In this document: in pieces, positions 58,427 through 64,000 of the stretch
Layout of the letters: the number at the start of each line of letters is the position of its first letter
Position numbering within the stretch: the first letter of the stretch is position 1
Source: Alphaproteobacteria bacterium
GTDB lineage: Bacteria; Pseudomonadota; Alphaproteobacteria; MPNO01
DNA length: 64,000 nucleotides
NCBI GenBank assembly: GCA_964291675.2
Contig: OZ219866.1
Location: 2,592,001 to 2,656,000, forward strand
Direction: 5' to 3'
The notes under the pieces: generated by a model
What the model saw: only the letters and a program-made list of their open reading frames with translations
What the model was told of the DNA's origin: nothing
Databases searched by the model: none
Made by a program: the position numbers and the translations under genes

Positions 58427-59154
58427 GTCCCGGCCCGCGCGGTCGGCACCAGCACCAGCGAGAAATAGGCGGCCTCGTCCGCCGGCGCGTCGGCCAGCGC
58501 GACGATGCGTTCGCCCGGCATGGTGCCGCGTTCCACCAGAATCGCGCGGTCGAGCAGCCCCGCCCGCTCCAGCGCCCGGCGGATCTTCGGCAGGTTGCGC
58601 CCGGCCTTCATGACCACCGCCGCGTCGGCCGTCCCAAGGCCTTCGGCGAGCGCCTCTTCCGCCGCCGTGCCGGCGAGCACCGCGAGGCTATCCTCGCCGC
58701 GCGTCATCGGCGTGCCGACCCGGCCCCAGCAGCCCGCCATCGCGGTCACGCCGGGTACGATCTCGATCTCGTAGCGCCCCGCCAGCCGGTCGTTCACATA
58801 CATGAACGAGCCGTAGAACAGCGGGTCGCCCTCGCACAGAAGGGCGACGTCCCTGCCGCCGTCGAGGATGGCGGCGATGTCCGCCGCGGCCTGGTCGTAG
58901 AGCGCCGCCATCGCGTCGCGGTAGGCGGCGGATAGGCGCGGAATCTGGGTGGTGTAGGGGAAGGCGAAGCGGAGCTCCTCCGCCTCCGCGCGGATATGGC
59001 CACCCGCGATGCGCCGCGCCTGGCCTTCGCCGCCGGATCGGGCGAAATGGGCGACGACCGGCGCCTCGCGCAGCAGCCGCGCCGCCTTGAGCGTCAGCAG
59101 CTCCGGATCGCCGGGTCCGACGCCGATGCCGAACAGCGTGCCCCGGACCGTCAT
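58423..59154 (-). CDS. cobI: precorrin-2 C20-methyltransferase
   Basis: [34 protein letters not shown]. Confidence 0.93.
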   Translation of the reverse strand: MTVRGTLFGIGVGPGDPELLTLKAARLLREAPVVAHFARSGGEGQARRIAGGHIRAEAEELRFAFPYTTQIPRLSAAYRDAMAALYDQAAADIAAILDGGRDVALLCEGDPLFYGSFMYVNDRLAGRYEIEIVPGVTAMAGCWGRVGTPMTRGEDSLAVLAGTAAEEALAEGLGTADAAVVMKAGRNLPKIRRALERAGLLDRAILVERGTMPGERIVALADAPADEAAYFSLVLVPTARAGT

Positions 59155-59783
59155 TCCAGGTCGCTCGCCAGCGCGTTGACCGCCGCGGTGGCGAGCGCGC
59201 TGCCGCCCCGCCGGCCGCGCACCACGAGATGCGGCGGGTGGGGCCGTGCCGCCAGCGCCGCCTTCGACTCCGCCGCGCCGACGAACCCGACCGGGACGCC
59301 GATCACCGCGGCCGGCGGGGGCGCGCCGTCGTCCAGCATCTCCATCAGCCGGAACAAGGCGGTCGGCGCGTTTCCCACCGCGACCAGCGCACCCTCCAGC
59401 CGGTCGCGCCACAGCCCGAGCGCCGCCGCCGAGCGGGTGGTGCCCAGACGCCGGGCGAGCGCCGGCACCGCGTCCTCGCCAAGGGTGCAGATCACCGCGT
59501 TCTCCGCCGGCAGGCGGGACCGGGTGATCCCGCTCGCCACCATCTTCGCATCGCACAGGATCGGCGCCCCGGCGCGGAGCGCCGCCCGCGCGGCCGCCGC
59601 GAATCCGGGGGAGAAGCCGATATCGGCGGCGAGGTCGGTCATGCCGCAGGCGTGGATCATGCGCACCGCCACCCGCGCCTCGATGTCCGAGAAGCCGGAG
59701 AGGTCGGCCTCCGCGCGGATGGTGGCGAAGGATTGCCGGTAGATCGCCGCGCCGTCGCGGAGATAGTCGTAGCGTCCGGTCAC
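59151..59783 (-). CDS. cobH: precorrin-8X methylmutase
   Basis: [40 protein letters not shown]. Confidence 0.94.
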   Translation of the reverse strand: MTGRYDYLRDGAAIYRQSFATIRAEADLSGFSDIEARVAVRMIHACGMTDLAADIGFSPGFAAAARAALRAGAPILCDAKMVASGITRSRLPAENAVICTLGEDAVPALARRLGTTRSAAALGLWRDRLEGALVAVGNAPTALFRLMEMLDDGAPPPAAVIGVPVGFVGAAESKAALAARPHPPHLVVRGRRGGSALATAAVNALASDLE

Positions 59784-61017
59784 GGCGCCGGCCCGGACAG
59801 GGCGCTCGCCGCCTGCGCCAGCGTCAGCCCGACCGGCGCGGGCACATCCCCCGGTCGGCCGCCGCGGACCAGGCCGTAACCCGCCTCCCCCGCGACCAGG
59901 GCGACCGGGGCCGGGCCCGGATGGGCGCAGCCCTTGGCGCAGCCGGAGAGGTGCACAAGCCCGGCCGGCACCGCGCCCATCGCGACCAGGCGTGCGGCAT
60001 CGGCGCGGGTGTCGGCATGCGCGGAGGGGCAGCGCGGCCGGCCGGCGCAGGCGACGATGCGCTGCCTCGGATCGTCCGGCTCGACGACGAATCCCGCTTC
60101 CGCCGCGGCGTCGCGAATTGCTTCGACGTTTTCCAGCGCGACCCCGCACAGCACCGCCGCCTTCCACGGTGCGATGCGGATCGTGCCGTCGGCGAAGCGC
60201 CGCGCGATGCCGGCAAGCGCGGCGAGCGCCGCCGCATCGATGGCGCCGAACGGCGCGCCGGCCTGGAAGCACCCGCCCCCGGCAAGCGCCGTGAAGCCCG
60301 CGCACGGGCGGGCCGGCGCCGTCCCGCACGGCGCTGCCGCTTCGCCGGTCGATCCGGCCGCGCCGAACACCTCCGCGGCACCGCACGCCGCGATCATCGC
60401 CCGCATGCGCGGCGCCGGCGTGTCTCGTTTCGCCATCCACGACAGGAACGCGCCGAGCAGCCGGCGCACCGCGTCTTCCACGCCCTCCGGCGGCACGACC
60501 AGCATGCGGTCGCCGCTGTCGAGCGAGATGCCAATCCCCGTCCCGGCGGCCCGCAGCACGATGTCGGCACGCCACTCGGCGAGCGGCAGGGCCGCGCCGG
60601 CATCGACCAGCAGGCCGAACTTGTGCGGCAGGGCGTGCAGCGCGGGATCGCCTTCGAGCATCGCACTCAGGCGGTGCGCGAGACGGTGCGAATCGAAGGC
60701 GGCGCCGGGATCGTCCGGCCCGAGCGGGTCGGCGAGCACGTTGCGCACCGCTTCCGCCCCGGGCTCCGCGGCGGCGAGACCGATCCGCGCCATCTCTCCG
60801 GCGAAGTCCTCGACGCCCGGATCCTTGAACCCGCGGAGCTGGAGGTGGCCGCGATTGGTGAGCTCGACGATGCCGTTGCCGTATCGAGCGGCGCCCGCCG
60901 CCATGCGCGCCGCCTGGTCCGCGGTGAGCGTCGCCGCCCGCGGCTTGACCCGCAGCAGCAGCCCGTCGCCCGATTGCATCGGCGCGAGCAGCGACGGGCA
61001 GCTCCCCCTCGGCGCGC

Positions 61018-61021
<4 letters not shown>
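59780..61021 (-). CDS. cobG: precorrin-3B synthase
   Basis: RGSCP...[39 protein letters not shown]. Confidence 0.9.

Positions 61022-64000
<2,979 letters not shown>

Overview
High-GC window that gene content and repeat families suggest is alphaproteobacterial. It is a mosaic of metal and nutrient genes with many accessory inserts. Left to right: the 3' part of a fused type IIG-like restriction-modification gene, tungstate ABC tupBCA, a cluster of REP-like palindromes with IS-end scars, an ABC-ATPase + PIN gene pair, a FecCD-type ABC transporter, a multicopper oxidase and cytochrome c, several decayed genes and orphan antitoxins, an acyl-CoA ligase, and oppABCDF. An aerobic cobalamin cluster is split into cobA-cobB/cbiD (31.4-34.7 kb) and cobNGHIJKL-cobE-cobM (54.5-64 kb). 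The ~20 kb between them holds a 3.6-kb IS1-family element (TIRs, 8-bp TSD) with a three-gene unknown cargo and a nested IS630, and cbtBA directly upstream of a cobalt-type nitrile hydratase whose beta subunit is split into two genes, followed by an activator and an amidase. It also holds a nucleotidyltransferase TA-like pair with a 24-bp-phased operator array and a TRAP/cyclodeaminase/RidA/dioxygenase catabolic cluster. Best novelty candidates are the IS1 cargo triplet with a Cys-His papain-like protein, the three-subunit Co-NHase, the ABC-ATPase/PIN pair, the REP-loop-targeting IS ends and the recurrent internally deleted gene copies. No rRNA, tRNA or CRISPR array was seen. All calls come from reading motifs by eye; no searches were run.
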